The translations under genes and the position numbers were made by a program. The notes under the pieces were generated by a model. That model ran no database searches, was not told where the DNA came from, and saw nothing but the letters and a program-made list of their open reading frames with translations. Positions 20,890 to 30,718 of a stretch of 64,000 bases of DNA are shown piece after piece. The DNA is from Candidatus Poriferihabitaceae bacterium (GTDB lineage: Bacteria; Pseudomonadota; Gammaproteobacteria; Arenicellales; Poriferihabitantaceae), in NCBI GenBank assembly GCA_965206445.1, contig CBDBJR010000002.1, positions 2,568,741 to 2,632,740 on the forward strand. The letters run 5' to 3'. How positions within the stretch are numbered: position 1 is the first letter of the stretch; each line of letters opens with the position of its first letter.

Positions 20890-22506
20890 TTACTCGATCA
20901 CAACGTTGCGAAAATCGAGCACATTGTCCGCCCGCTGCGCCACGGTTACCCCGGAGCGCACGCCCCAGGACAGCGGCTGCTGATGCAGCGGCAGGTAGCC
21001 GACCTCTTCCCGCAGGATGGTAAACGCCTCGGCCACCAGTTTCTGCCGCTGGGCCTGATCGGTTTCCTTTTCAACCGCTTTGGTAATCTCGTCAATGCGG
21101 GTGTTGGCATAGCGGCCGTAATTGAACTGGCCGGTATTGGTCTGGGGGTTGAACGACGACATCAGATTGAACAGCACGTTGTGCACGTCGATCGTCCCCG
21201 GCGTCCAGCCGAGCAGATAGAAAGACGAATCGAAGTCATTTTGCGGCGACACCTTGGCAAAGTACTTGGATTTCGGCTGCGCATTGAGATCGACCTTGAT
21301 GCCGATACGGGCCAGCAGGCCGACCACGGCCTGACAGATTTTTTCGTCGTTGACATAGCGATTGTTCGGGCAGTCCATGCCCAGCTCGAACCCGTCCGGG
21401 TAGCCGGCCTCGGCCAGCAATTGTTTTGATTTGGCCGCGTCATATGCGTAAGGCCGGTTCAGGCTCTGATCGAAACCGTTGATCTGCGGCGCAATCAGTA
21501 TACCGGCCGGCACCGCCGCCCCGCGCATGATCTTTTGGTTGATGGTATCGATATCGATGGCATGCGCCATGGCCGCCCGCACCCGCCTGTCTTGCAGCGG
21601 ATTTTTGCCCTTGATATTGGAATACAGCAGCTCATCGCGAAACTGATCCATGCCGAGAAAAATGGTGCGCGCCTCGGGGCCGGTCAGCGGCCGCACCCCG
21701 TCGGCACCGTCAAGCCGCTGCCAGTCCTGCACCGGCACCGGATACACCAGATCCAGATCGCCGGAAATCAGCGCCGCCACCCGGGTCGCATCCTGTCCAA
21801 TCGGCGTGAACTCGACCTCGGTCACGTTGCTCGGAATGTCTTTCCAATAATTGTTGAAGCGGGTAAACCGCGAGCGCACGTCCGGCTGCCGCTCGACCAG
21901 AATGAACGGCCCGGTGCCGTTGGCATTCTGCGCCGCATAGGTCGCAGTGGCATCGGCCGCCTTCGGGCTGGTTGCCTCAGTGGCGCCGTTTTTCTCCGAC
22001 CATTGCTTGTCCATGATGTAAAGAAACACCAGCTCACGCGGCAAAATGGGATTGGGCGCCGGCGTTTCAAGCTCAATCGTATAGTCGTCGATCTGCTTGA
22101 TATTCGCCATCTTCGCGCCATAGCCCTTCATATCGGAGCCTTCGGTGAGCGAGCGCTGCCAGGAAAAAATCACATCGGCGGCGGTAAAATCACCGCCATC
22201 GTGGAACTTCACGCCCTCGCGCAGCTTGAATACCCAGCTCGTCGGGCCGGTATTTTCCCAGCTTTCCGCCAGCCCCGGCTGCAAGCCCAGGTTTTGATCG
22301 TAGGCGGTCAGGCCTTCATAGACATTGCCGAGGTAGCCGAGCGTAAACGTCTCGTTCAAGCCGTGCGGGTCGAGCGATTGTATGTCCCCTTGAAAGGCCC
22401 ACTTAAACGTTTTCGCCCCGGCAGCAACCGGCGCGCTCAGCAGCGCAGCCGCGAGCAGTGCAAACAACCAACGGGAAGCGGTGTTATATACCGGTGCTAT
22501 AGACAT
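20890..22506 (-). CDS. ABC peptide/nickel-family (family 5) substrate-binding protein (YejA-like)
   Basis: Signal peptide after ATG 22506, with GGAGG 5 nt upstream. The SBP-permease-permease-fused ATPase order mirrors yejABEF. Confidence 0.85.
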   Translation of the reverse strand: MSIAPVYNTASRWLFALLAAALLSAPVAAGAKTFKWAFQGDIQSLDPHGLNETFTLGYLGNVYEGLTAYDQNLGLQPGLAESWENTGPTSWVFKLREGVKFHDGGDFTAADVIFSWQRSLTEGSDMKGYGAKMANIKQIDDYTIELETPAPNPILPRELVFLYIMDKQWSEKNGATEATSPKAADATATYAAQNANGTGPFILVERQPDVRSRFTRFNNYWKDIPSNVTEVEFTPIGQDATRVAALISGDLDLVYPVPVQDWQRLDGADGVRPLTGPEARTIFLGMDQFRDELLYSNIKGKNPLQDRRVRAAMAHAIDIDTINQKIMRGAAVPAGILIAPQINGFDQSLNRPYAYDAAKSKQLLAEAGYPDGFELGMDCPNNRYVNDEKICQAVVGLLARIGIKVDLNAQPKSKYFAKVSPQNDFDSSFYLLGWTPGTIDVHNVLFNLMSSFNPQTNTGQFNYGRYANTRIDEITKAVEKETDQAQRQKLVAEAFTILREEVGYLPLHQQPLSWGVRSGVTVAQRADNVLDFRNVVIE

Positions 22507-22739
22507 TTTTACCTCCTGAGTTTTTGATGTGTTCAAGACCATGTCGGCTGTATATGCGCCGCTCAGCCAACCACAAACCGAGGCTTTCCGCCGGCGAACG
22601 GCGCAAACAGCGCCACATATTCTGCTTTCGACCGCCCTGATTAGACTCGATTGAAAGCCAATTCGTCAAGGCCAAAATACCGCATTGACGGTTCGCGCTA
22701 TAATCCGGGCTGAACTCAACCCATACCACCCTGTCCGCC

Positions 22740-23537
22740 ATGAAAATCATCAGTTGGAACGTCAACGGTCTGCGTGCGGTCGCGCGTAAAAACGAATTGC
22801 AGCATCTGCTGCGCACGCAGCGGCCGGACATACTGATGCTGCAGGAAACCAAAGGCAGCGCTGAACAATTCGAGCCGCTGGTCGAGCAGCACCCGGATTA
22901 CCGCCAGTATTACAGCAGCGCCGACAAGAAAGGCTATGCTGGCACGTCGGTCTGGGCGTCAACCGGTTTCCTGCAAGCGGCGAGCGACGTCGAGTTTGCC
23001 GCCTCGGCGCCGGCAATACCGAATGCCGACGAGGGGCGGGTAGCGCATTTGTCGCTACAGCATGGCGGCGAGGCCTGGGATTTGTTCTGCATTTATTTTC
23101 CGAACGGCGGCAAAAGCGAACAGGCCTGGGTCGAAAAACTGGTGTTTTACGATCGCATACACGACTACATGAACCAGCGCCGCCGCCAGGGTCGGATTGT
23201 GGTGGTGGGCGGCGATATGAACGTGGCGCATACCGAAATCGATATTGCCCGCCCGAAGGACAACGACGGCAAAATCGGCTTCCACCCCAAAGAGCGCGCC
23301 TGGATGGATCGCTTGGTTGCCGACGACTGGTCGGACGTCTGGCGCAGCCGCAACCCGGGCGTCACCGACCAGTATTCCTGGTGGCACCTGCTCAGCCGCG
23401 GGCGCGAACGCAACGTCGGCTGGCGCATCGACTATTTTCTGATGGCGCAGAACCGGCTCGACCGGGTTGGCGAAATCACCTATCTGCACGCGCAAATGGG
23501 CTCGGATCATTGCCCGTTATCGATGGTGTTGACCTGA
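22740..23537 (+). CDS. xthA: exodeoxyribonuclease III
   Basis: MKIISWNVNGLRA...LQETK...GDMNVAH...SDHCP motifs of the EEP nuclease family. Confidence 0.93.
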   Translation: MKIISWNVNGLRAVARKNELQHLLRTQRPDILMLQETKGSAEQFEPLVEQHPDYRQYYSSADKKGYAGTSVWASTGFLQAASDVEFAASAPAIPNADEGRVAHLSLQHGGEAWDLFCIYFPNGGKSEQAWVEKLVFYDRIHDYMNQRRRQGRIVVVGGDMNVAHTEIDIARPKDNDGKIGFHPKERAWMDRLVADDWSDVWRSRNPGVTDQYSWWHLLSRGRERNVGWRIDYFLMAQNRLDRVGEITYLHAQMGSDHCPLSMVLT

Positions 23538-23564
23538 CCCGGCGACAGCCCGGCCGGCACGGCG

Positions 23565-24770
23565 TTATGCCGGTTGGCGCACCGCAATCACTTCAAACTC
23601 GGTCATCATGCCGGGGTAGGCCAGGTGCTCCAGCGGGATGCCGGTGGCGGCGGCCGGGTGGTGCGGGTGGCCGGAGCGGATTGCCAGGTTGGCGTGCAGT
23701 TGCTGCGGATGATTCGCCGGCCCATCCGCCGCCCGATAAAACGCATTGAGCTTGATCACGTCACGCCATTGCGCCCCCAGCCCGGCCAGCACGGCCTGAA
23801 TATTCTGCACGCTGATTTTACTCTGAGCGGCCGGGTCGTTCGGGTGCAGCACGTTGGCCTGCGCATCCATCGCCACCTGCCCGCCGGTAAAAATCAGATT
23901 GCCGCAGCGCAATCCATGTTTGAACGGCAGCCGAATCGGCCAATCCCAATGCCCCTGCGGCCAGCTGTGTTGACGCGCCAATTGCGCGCCGTTTTCACCG
24001 CGCATGATCCAGCAATCGGTTTGTATGCAGGCGCCCTGCGGGTACAGACGGGCCAGCGGCAGCCCGGTCGCAACCGGCCCCGGGTCGGGGTAGTAATCGG
24101 CGCGAATGGCCGCACCCCGGGCCCAATCTTCGGCATTATCCCGACCACTGTACCAGTTGTTGATTTTGACAATATCGGTTCGCCTGGCGGCATAGAACGC
24201 CAGGATAGCGTCGAGTTTTTGCAGGCTGATTCGGCTTTGCTCCACCACGTCACCGGGGCAGATCGGGTGGCCGGCGTCATCGACAGCCCGAATCGCGCCG
24301 ACAAAAATCATTTCCCCTTGCCCGAGGGCGGCGGGGAACGGCGAATCCGGGCCTGGCAGGCGCAAGCGCGGGCGACCGGATTGACGCAGGCCGTAAGCGT
24401 CTATTGACACCATGACACCGGGATAGAACAGCTGCGACAGCGGCACCGGCGTGATTACCGGCAACGCATCGCCGCCGAGCAGGTCGGCTATCGACTCGAG
24501 ACAGGCTTGTTCATCGACCCCGCCGGGGTTGACGTAATACACCACCAGCTTGGTCAGATCGGATAACCGGCAGCCGAGCTCATCTACCAGCCGCGCGATA
24601 TGCCGAACGACCGCACGCGACTGTGCCGTCAGGTTGCCGGGATTTTGCACCTCGCCTTGCGCCTGCAGATCCGCCTGTCCGGAAAGGCAGAACAGATCGC
24701 CGCACATAACCGCCATACTGTACGGCGTATCCACCCTGTGCCCGTGTTCAGGCGGGCGGATATGGCGCAT
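23565..24770 (-). CDS. protein with three tandem RidA/YjgF-like domains
   Basis: 401 aa that split by eye into three units of about 130 aa. Each unit has the pattern hydrophobic-x-SGQ/GGQ ... (NPG/PGD)...QS ...L ...D(V/I)(V/I)K(L/I)N. Confidence 0.75.
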   Translation of the reverse strand: MRHIRPPEHGHRVDTPYSMAVMCGDLFCLSGQADLQAQGEVQNPGNLTAQSRAVVRHIARLVDELGCRLSDLTKLVVYYVNPGGVDEQACLESIADLLGGDALPVITPVPLSQLFYPGVMVSIDAYGLRQSGRPRLRLPGPDSPFPAALGQGEMIFVGAIRAVDDAGHPICPGDVVEQSRISLQKLDAILAFYAARRTDIVKINNWYSGRDNAEDWARGAAIRADYYPDPGPVATGLPLARLYPQGACIQTDCWIMRGENGAQLARQHSWPQGHWDWPIRLPFKHGLRCGNLIFTGGQVAMDAQANVLHPNDPAAQSKISVQNIQAVLAGLGAQWRDVIKLNAFYRAADGPANHPQQLHANLAIRSGHPHHPAAATGIPLEHLAYPGMMTEFEVIAVRQPA

Positions 24771-24776
24771 CTTCAG

Positions 24777-25289
24777 TCAGCCCTGCGATGCCAGATAATC
24801 GACCACGTCCATGCTCGGCGGCCAGATCCCCTGCCGGGTCAGCACCGCATGCACCTGCCCGCGATGATGGGTCTGGTGGTTAAACAGCGTCATCAGAATC
24901 ACATCGACGGTTAGTTGCTGCTCGCCTTTGCCATCGAGGCGTGTGAACCGCACCGACCGCTTCACGCCCGCTGCATCGAGGCCGTTGACCAGCTCGATCA
25001 GGTGCGCATCTTCCTCCCGACGCGCCGCCGACAGGGCGACGAAATCGGCGTGCAGTTGTTGATCCAGCGCAACGACAGGATGCGCTGCGGCCTGTATTCG
25101 ACAGCGCCATAATATATCGACCAGCAGCAGATGATTCAGTGTGTCGTGCACCGATGAAAAAAACAAACCCTGCGCCGACGCATACACCTCGGCCGGCAGT
25201 TTTGCGACCTGTGCATACAGCTCCCGGTTGGCCCATCGGTTAAAGCCGGCCATCAGCGGCAAATGCGCATTCAAGTCGGGCTCAGCCAT
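24777..25289 (-). CDS. DinB-family (damage-inducible, four-helix bundle) protein
   Basis: FNRWANRELY N-terminus and conserved His residues (HDTLNH, HQTHHRGQ). Confidence 0.8.
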   Translation of the reverse strand: MAEPDLNAHLPLMAGFNRWANRELYAQVAKLPAEVYASAQGLFFSSVHDTLNHLLLVDILWRCRIQAAAHPVVALDQQLHADFVALSAARREEDAHLIELVNGLDAAGVKRSVRFTRLDGKGEQQLTVDVILMTLFNHQTHHRGQVHAVLTRQGIWPPSMDVVDYLASQG

Positions 25290-25303
25290 CGTTCAACCCG
25301 GCC

Positions 25304-25756
25304 TCAATGGCAGGCTTTGCCCCATTTTTTCAAGCGCCAATAGTTGTACGGCCAGGGCGCCAGAAACCCCGCCGCCAGCATCAGCGGCACGACCCACCAC
25401 GTGAGCACCGCCCCGCCCGTCAACAGCCAATCCACGCTGTTCATCACCGCTTCCATTGCGACCATCGACACCATGCTCATGCCGAGCGCGGTTTTGAGGG
25501 CGGCGGAAAAATGCATACCGCGCCGCAGCAGGATAACGGTTTCCAATGCAATGCTGGTGAGCAGGCCGTTGACTATCGCCAGCGCCATGATGCCGGCGGT
25601 CGGCCAGGGGATTTGCGTCAGCTGAAAGAAAATAATCGTACCGAAATCGCCGATAGAGCAGCCGGCGAGACACCACAGTGTGTTGCTCGCGCTGATGCGC
25701 CAGGTCGATTTGCAGCGCCAGAATACGGCAGGGAGGACGTCGGTGGATACATTCAT
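25304..25756 (-). CDS. small integral membrane protein (DUF4396-like)
   Basis: Four hydrophobic segments and the motif CLAGCSIGDFG. The start is uncertain (ATG 25756 or the longer ORF to 25828). Confidence 0.6.
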   Translation of the reverse strand: MNVSTDVLPAVFWRCKSTWRISASNTLWCLAGCSIGDFGTIIFFQLTQIPWPTAGIMALAIVNGLLTSIALETVILLRRGMHFSAALKTALGMSMVSMVAMEAVMNSVDWLLTGGAVLTWWVVPLMLAAGFLAPWPYNYWRLKKWGKACH

Positions 25757-26083
25757 CGCGGGTAACGGATAATCCGGTCGGTAAAAATCTGTCGGTTTGA
25801 TAGTAGCACTTTCGCGCCGCCGCGGCATCTGTTTGTTGCCAACTGTGAATTCAGCTTACAAGTGCAACGTCACCGACCCATACAGCGCCTTTTTATTGTG
25901 GCGTAGTAATGGTAGCCCTACCATCCATTTCACACCCATTCAGCCAGGCCAATGTCTCAATCTTCCAACATTTCCGCAGATTATTGTCGGCGGAAAATAC
26001 CGCCTAACGCCATCCCTCTCGCGCGGCTACGATAGAATGATGGACACCCTCACTGAACTCGTTGAGATGGAGCGCGCCGAACA

Positions 26084-27292
26084 ATGATTGATCGCCCGCT
26101 GATTTTGCCCTGCGGAGCGATTTTGCCGAATCGCATTACCAAAGCGGCAATGTCCGAAGCATTGGGCGATTCGCAAAACGACATTACCGACGGAATGATT
26201 AATCTCTACCGTCAATTCGCCGAGGGCGGCGCAGGAATGATTATCACCGGCAACATTCCGGTGGACCGAAATCATCTTGAGCACGCCGCCAATGTCGTTT
26301 TGGACGACGACTCTGATTTTGCGCAATTGCGTCGCCTCGCCGAAGCCGGAAAAAGCGGCGGCGGATTGTTTCTGGCGCAGATTAATCACGCCGGACGGCA
26401 AACGCCGGACTTCATTAATGCGCATCCGCTGTCGCTGTCGGAGGTGAAATTGGATTTGCCCGGCTACGGAATTCCACGCGAGGCGACTTCGACGGAATTG
26501 GAGAATGTCCCCGCTCAATTTGTCTGCGCCGCCGAATTAGCGAAAGTGGCCGGATTTGACGGCGTTGAAATTCATTCCGCGCACGGCTACCTGCTGAGTT
26601 CGTCGCTTTCTCCGCGAATCAATTTGCGAAGCGATGAATGGGGCGGGACGATAAAAAAACGCGCGCGTCTGCCGCTGGAAATTATTCGCGCCGTCCGAAT
26701 TGCACTTGGGGCGAAATTTATCGTCGGCGTAAAAATCAATTCATCCGATTTTCAGAAAGGCGGATTGAACAATGAAGACAGCGTTGCGACGGCGAAAATG
26801 ATTGAAGAAGCGGGGGCGGATTTTTTAGAAATTTCCGGCGGCAATTTTGAGCAACCGAAATCGTATGAGCATCAATCCGGCATCGTAAAAAATCCCGAGC
26901 GCGAGGCGTATTTTTTGGCGCATTCGCGGGCGGCGAAAGCGTCGCTGAAAATTCCGGTGATGGCGACCGGAGGGTTTCGCTCGCGCATCGCAATGGATTC
27001 GGCTTTGGCGAAAAACGGGGCGGATATTATCGGCATTGCGCGTCCTTTTGTTATCGCTCCGGATTTTCCGGCGAAATTGCTGGCGGGCGAAATTGATTCG
27101 GCCCCGGCGATGGAAAGGACTTTTCCACCGTCCGATGAATTGCCCCGCGTGGCGGTCTTGAATTGGTTTTGCCACCAATTGCTTTTGCGCGGAAAAAACG
27201 GCGCTGCGGATTTATCGCTGCCGATTTTGGCGGGACACGAAAAATACCTGGCTTTTGTCACTCATGCGTCCAACATTCGGAAGAAAAAGTGA
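26084..27292 (+). CDS. NADH:flavin oxidoreductase, old yellow enzyme family
   Basis: LPNRITKAAMSE, QINHAGRQ and HSAHGYLLSSSLSP motifs. Confidence 0.85.
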   Translation: MIDRPLILPCGAILPNRITKAAMSEALGDSQNDITDGMINLYRQFAEGGAGMIITGNIPVDRNHLEHAANVVLDDDSDFAQLRRLAEAGKSGGGLFLAQINHAGRQTPDFINAHPLSLSEVKLDLPGYGIPREATSTELENVPAQFVCAAELAKVAGFDGVEIHSAHGYLLSSSLSPRINLRSDEWGGTIKKRARLPLEIIRAVRIALGAKFIVGVKINSSDFQKGGLNNEDSVATAKMIEEAGADFLEISGGNFEQPKSYEHQSGIVKNPEREAYFLAHSRAAKASLKIPVMATGGFRSRIAMDSALAKNGADIIGIARPFVIAPDFPAKLLAGEIDSAPAMERTFPPSDELPRVAVLNWFCHQLLLRGKNGAADLSLPILAGHEKYLAFVTHASNIRKKK

Positions 27293-27369
27293 TTAAGCGA
27301 CCGTTTATTTGTGTCCAAAATTAAAAACAACGGCGGTTGACGACAATGATTTTCGGCGGTTAATTTGCC

Positions 27370-28540
27370 GTTAATGCGCTTCTTCCCAATTATTTCCGAT
27401 GCCGATATTGACTTCCAAAATCATTATCAGAGGCTGAATTCCATGCAACAGACACTTTCTGAAAACGGATTCGAGAAATTCCGTAAGAAGACCCGTAAAG
27501 AGCGGTTTCTGGAAGAGATGGAAACGATTATCCCCCGGGAGGAACTAGCCAAAGTCATTAAACCGTTTTACCCCCATCCAAAGGGTGCGGGGCGTCCCCC
27601 GATCGGGATTGAACGCATGCTGCGCATCCATTTTCTTCAGCACTGGTTTAATCTCTCCGACCCGGCCGTAGCAGAAGCGCTGTATGACTCGCACGCATTG
27701 CGCCGGTTTGTCGGTATAGACCTCGGTAGAGAGCCGGCTCCCGATGAGACCACGGTGTGCAAATTCCGCCATTTGATGGAGAAGCACGATCTGGGCGACC
27801 AACTGTTTCATCAGATGAATCAGTATCTGCAAGAAAATGGCCTGAAGGTCTCGCGTGGCACAATTGTTGATGCGAGCATCATACATGCCCTGAGTTCTAC
27901 CAGGAACAAGAAAAAAGAGCGCGACCCGGATATGCGTCAGGTTCGCAAGGGCAGGCAGTGGTATTTTGGAATGAAGGCGCACATTGGTGTGGGCAGTCGC
28001 ACCAGGCTGATTCATTCGGTGGTTGCAACGCCTGCGAATGTGCACGACGCCCAGGTTCTTAGCGACCTGCTGCACGGCGAGGAAACCCGTGTCTGGGGTG
28101 ATTCGGCCTATACGGGTCAGGGGCAAGTGATAACCGATTGTGCGCCGCAGGCAAGGGATTTCACGCAAGCGAAAAGCTGTAGGAACCGACCGGTGACGGA
28201 GCAGGAGCGTTGTGCAAACCGGAACAAATCCCGGGTCAGGGCCAAGGTGGAACATCAGTTTGGCATTATCAAACGACGGTTCGGGTTTTGCAAAGTGCGC
28301 TACCGTGGGCTGGATAAGAATGCGCATCGTCTGTTCGTGGCCTGTGCCTTGAGTAATCTGGTGATGGCCAAAACCTCGCTGTTGAGGCGAAAGCGGCTGG
28401 AATTGTGGGTAAGTTACGCCTGAAAAAAGTGAGATGGGGGAAGAAAAGCCCCGGAAGCGGTGAAACAGCACTTTTTGAGTCGAGTTCATCGGCATCAATG
28501 CCACATATCTGAATAGTGAAAGAGCGTTTCGCATTGAAAC
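27370..28540 (+). mobile_element. IS5-family insertion sequence (approximate ends)
   Basis: Contains an intact IS5-group transposase. Imperfect terminal inverted repeats were found by eye: the left end GTTAATGCGCTTCTTCCCAATTATT...GATGCCGAT matches the reverse complement of the right end ATCGGCATC...AATAGTGAAAGAGCGTTTCGCATTGAAAC. No flanking target duplication was recognised. Confidence 0.6.
27443..28423 (+). CDS. IS5-family DDE transposase
   Basis: Collinear with E. coli IS5 InsH as recalled: ERMLRIHFLQHWFNLSDPA, TIVDASII, KGRQWYFGMKAHIG, WGDSAY, RAKVEHQFGIIKRRFGF. Confidence 0.9.
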   Translation: MQQTLSENGFEKFRKKTRKERFLEEMETIIPREELAKVIKPFYPHPKGAGRPPIGIERMLRIHFLQHWFNLSDPAVAEALYDSHALRRFVGIDLGREPAPDETTVCKFRHLMEKHDLGDQLFHQMNQYLQENGLKVSRGTIVDASIIHALSSTRNKKKERDPDMRQVRKGRQWYFGMKAHIGVGSRTRLIHSVVATPANVHDAQVLSDLLHGEETRVWGDSAYTGQGQVITDCAPQARDFTQAKSCRNRPVTEQERCANRNKSRVRAKVEHQFGIIKRRFGFCKVRYRGLDKNAHRLFVACALSNLVMAKTSLLRRKRLELWVSYA

Positions 28541-28725
28541 TACAGTTTTCATGTGTTAATCAGATGTTCCTTAAATTATTGGTGTAAGTGCGTATAAAAA
28601 ATATGCCATGAAAAAGTGAAAAAAGATCGACTTTAGCGAAAAAATTATGGTATTTTCGAGGATGCCCGCGTAGGTGGGCGTCCATAATATTAAATTTTTT
28701 TATATTTACCAAACTGGAGGAAGCC

Positions 28726-30468
28726 ATGAAAAAATGTACCCTGCTGTTTTTGCTGTCAATGTTCGCTACGCTGGTAGTGTTTGTCGCGCCTGTTCAGGCT
28801 GATTTGGCCGCGGCGGAAAAGTGGATTGATAAAGAATTTCAACCTTCAACCCTGTCGCGCGGCGCTCAAGTTAAGGAAATGGAATGGTTTATTGATGCCG
28901 CCAAGCCTTTCGACGGTATGGAAATCAACGTTTTATCTGAGACAATTCCAACGCATTCCTACGAATCTGAAACACTCACCAAGGCGTTTGAAGAAATAAC
29001 CGGCATCAAGGTCAATCATCAGTTGCTTGGCGAAGGCGAAGTTGTGCAAGCGGTGCAGACACAAATGCAAACCAAGCGCAATCTTTACGATGCGTATATT
29101 AACGATTCAGATCTAATCGGCACGCATTCACGCTTGCAACTTGCAATTCCGCTGTCCGATTTCATGTCTGGCGAAGGTCGTGATGTAACGAACCCGGATT
29201 TGGATATTGATGATTTCATGGGCAAGTCTTTTACCACCGGTCCCGACGGCAAGCTCTATCAGCTGCCCGACCAACAGTTCGCGAACCTGTATTGGTTTCG
29301 GCACGATTGGTTCTCAAAACCGGAGTTGCAAAAACGCTTCAAGGAGAAATACGGGTATGAATTAGGGGTGCCGGTTAACTGGTCAGCTTATGAAGATATC
29401 GCCGATTTCTTTACCAATGATGTCAAAGAAATTGATGGCGTACGAATTTATGGCCATATGGATTACGGCAAACGCGCCCCTGACCTCGGCTGGCGTATGA
29501 CTGATGCCTGGCTTTCCATGGCTGGTGCTGGCTCCAAGGGATTGCCAAATGGTCGCCCCGTTGACGAGTGGGGCATTCGTATGGAGGAAGGTTCTTGCAA
29601 TCCGGTCGGCGCATCGGTGACCCGTGGTGGTGCTGCCAACGGACCTGCAGCGGTGTATGCAATTCGCAAGTGGGATGAGTGGCTTCGCAAGTATGCACCG
29701 CCGGGAGCTGCCGATTACGACTTCTATCAGTCGCTTCCGGCGCTGTCGCAGGGCAACGTGGCACAGCAAATTTTCTGGTATACCGCTTTCACTTCGAGCA
29801 TGGTTGCGCCGCGTAGTGAAGGCAATAATACGGTGGATAGCAATGGCAAGCCGTTGTGGAGAATGGCACCATCACCGCATGGCCCGTATTGGCAAGATGG
29901 GCAGAAGCTCGGTTATCAGGATGCCGGTTCATGGACATTGTTCAAGTCCACTCCTCTTAAACGCCGCAAAGCCGCTTGGTTATATGCGCAGTTCGTTGTC
30001 TCGAAAACGGTTTCGCTGAAGAAGACTCATGTTGGGCTAACGCCGATTCGAGATAGCGATATACGACATGCGTCTTTCACCGAACGCGCACCGAACCTCG
30101 GCGGGTTGGTCGAGTTCTATCGTTCACCTGACCGTGTTCGGTGGTCACCCACTGGCGTCAATGTTCCGGATTATCCGAAACTTGCACAGATCTGGTGGCA
30201 ACAAATCGGAGATGTGAACTCCGGTGCTTTTACGCCACAACAAGCAATGGACCGTCTTGCCAAAGAAATGGATACGACTATGGCACGTATGCAGTCGGCG
30301 GATGAAAAAGCAGGAGTGTATGGCGGCTGTGGTCCGCGCCTCAACGAAGAACGTGATCCCGATTATTGGCTCAAGCGCTCCGGTTCTCCGAAAGCGAAGT
30401 TGGCAAACGAGAAACCTGGAGGTGAAACCATCGCCTACGAAGATTTGATCAAACGCTGGAATCAGTAA
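28726..30468 (+). CDS. large (580 aa) extracellular solute-binding protein, probable glycerol-binding component of the adjacent ABC system
   Basis: Signal peptide MKKCTLLFLLSMFATLVVFVAPVQA, with GGAGG upstream. The size and context match the SBP of rhizobial-type glycerol ABC loci, as recalled from memory. Confidence 0.75.
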   Translation: MKKCTLLFLLSMFATLVVFVAPVQADLAAAEKWIDKEFQPSTLSRGAQVKEMEWFIDAAKPFDGMEINVLSETIPTHSYESETLTKAFEEITGIKVNHQLLGEGEVVQAVQTQMQTKRNLYDAYINDSDLIGTHSRLQLAIPLSDFMSGEGRDVTNPDLDIDDFMGKSFTTGPDGKLYQLPDQQFANLYWFRHDWFSKPELQKRFKEKYGYELGVPVNWSAYEDIADFFTNDVKEIDGVRIYGHMDYGKRAPDLGWRMTDAWLSMAGAGSKGLPNGRPVDEWGIRMEEGSCNPVGASVTRGGAANGPAAVYAIRKWDEWLRKYAPPGAADYDFYQSLPALSQGNVAQQIFWYTAFTSSMVAPRSEGNNTVDSNGKPLWRMAPSPHGPYWQDGQKLGYQDAGSWTLFKSTPLKRRKAAWLYAQFVVSKTVSLKKTHVGLTPIRDSDIRHASFTERAPNLGGLVEFYRSPDRVRWSPTGVNVPDYPKLAQIWWQQIGDVNSGAFTPQQAMDRLAKEMDTTMARMQSADEKAGVYGGCGPRLNEERDPDYWLKRSGSPKAKLANEKPGGETIAYEDLIKRWNQ

Positions 30469-30500
30469 GTGCTGCGTGCGACATAGCATTGGTTGCCTTA

Positions 30501-30538
30501 GAAACGCCCGGTCGTGTTCGTTCAAGACGGGCGTTTTC
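30501..30538 (+). terminator. rho-independent terminator after the SBP gene
   Basis: AAACGCCCG (30502-30510) pairs with CGGGCGTTT (30528-30536) and is followed by a T run. Confidence 0.6.
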
Positions 30539-30718
30539 TATGGTAACCAACGGATGAGTAGCGCCGTACTTTGCTCCGCGTCGTTAACATTGACCGCGGC
30601 CTCGCTGACTATTTTGTTAGCAGTCGCAGTCATTTGAAGGTGTTTTACCCAGCGCCATCAAGAAACGAGATGCGAAGTCACCGTTGTTTTTTCGGGAAAA
30701 GCATCACAAATCTGCACT

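Noticed and set aside
22685-22704. TTGACG and TATAAT hexamers upstream of xthA
   Set aside because: They are separated by only 8 nt, not about 17, so they are not a functional sigma-70 pair as spaced.
25899-25926. GGCGTAGTAATGGTAGCCCTACCATCC, a tRNA-like D-arm look-alike at the left junction of the accessory region
   Set aside because: There is no T-arm (GGTTCGAATCC-like) or acceptor pairing. It is only a short hairpin, so there is no support for a tRNA or tRNA fragment.
27545-28552. 335-aa ORF antisense to the IS5 transposase
   Set aside because: No recognisable domains. IS5 elements are known to carry antisense ORFs of doubtful function, so this one is treated as non-coding.
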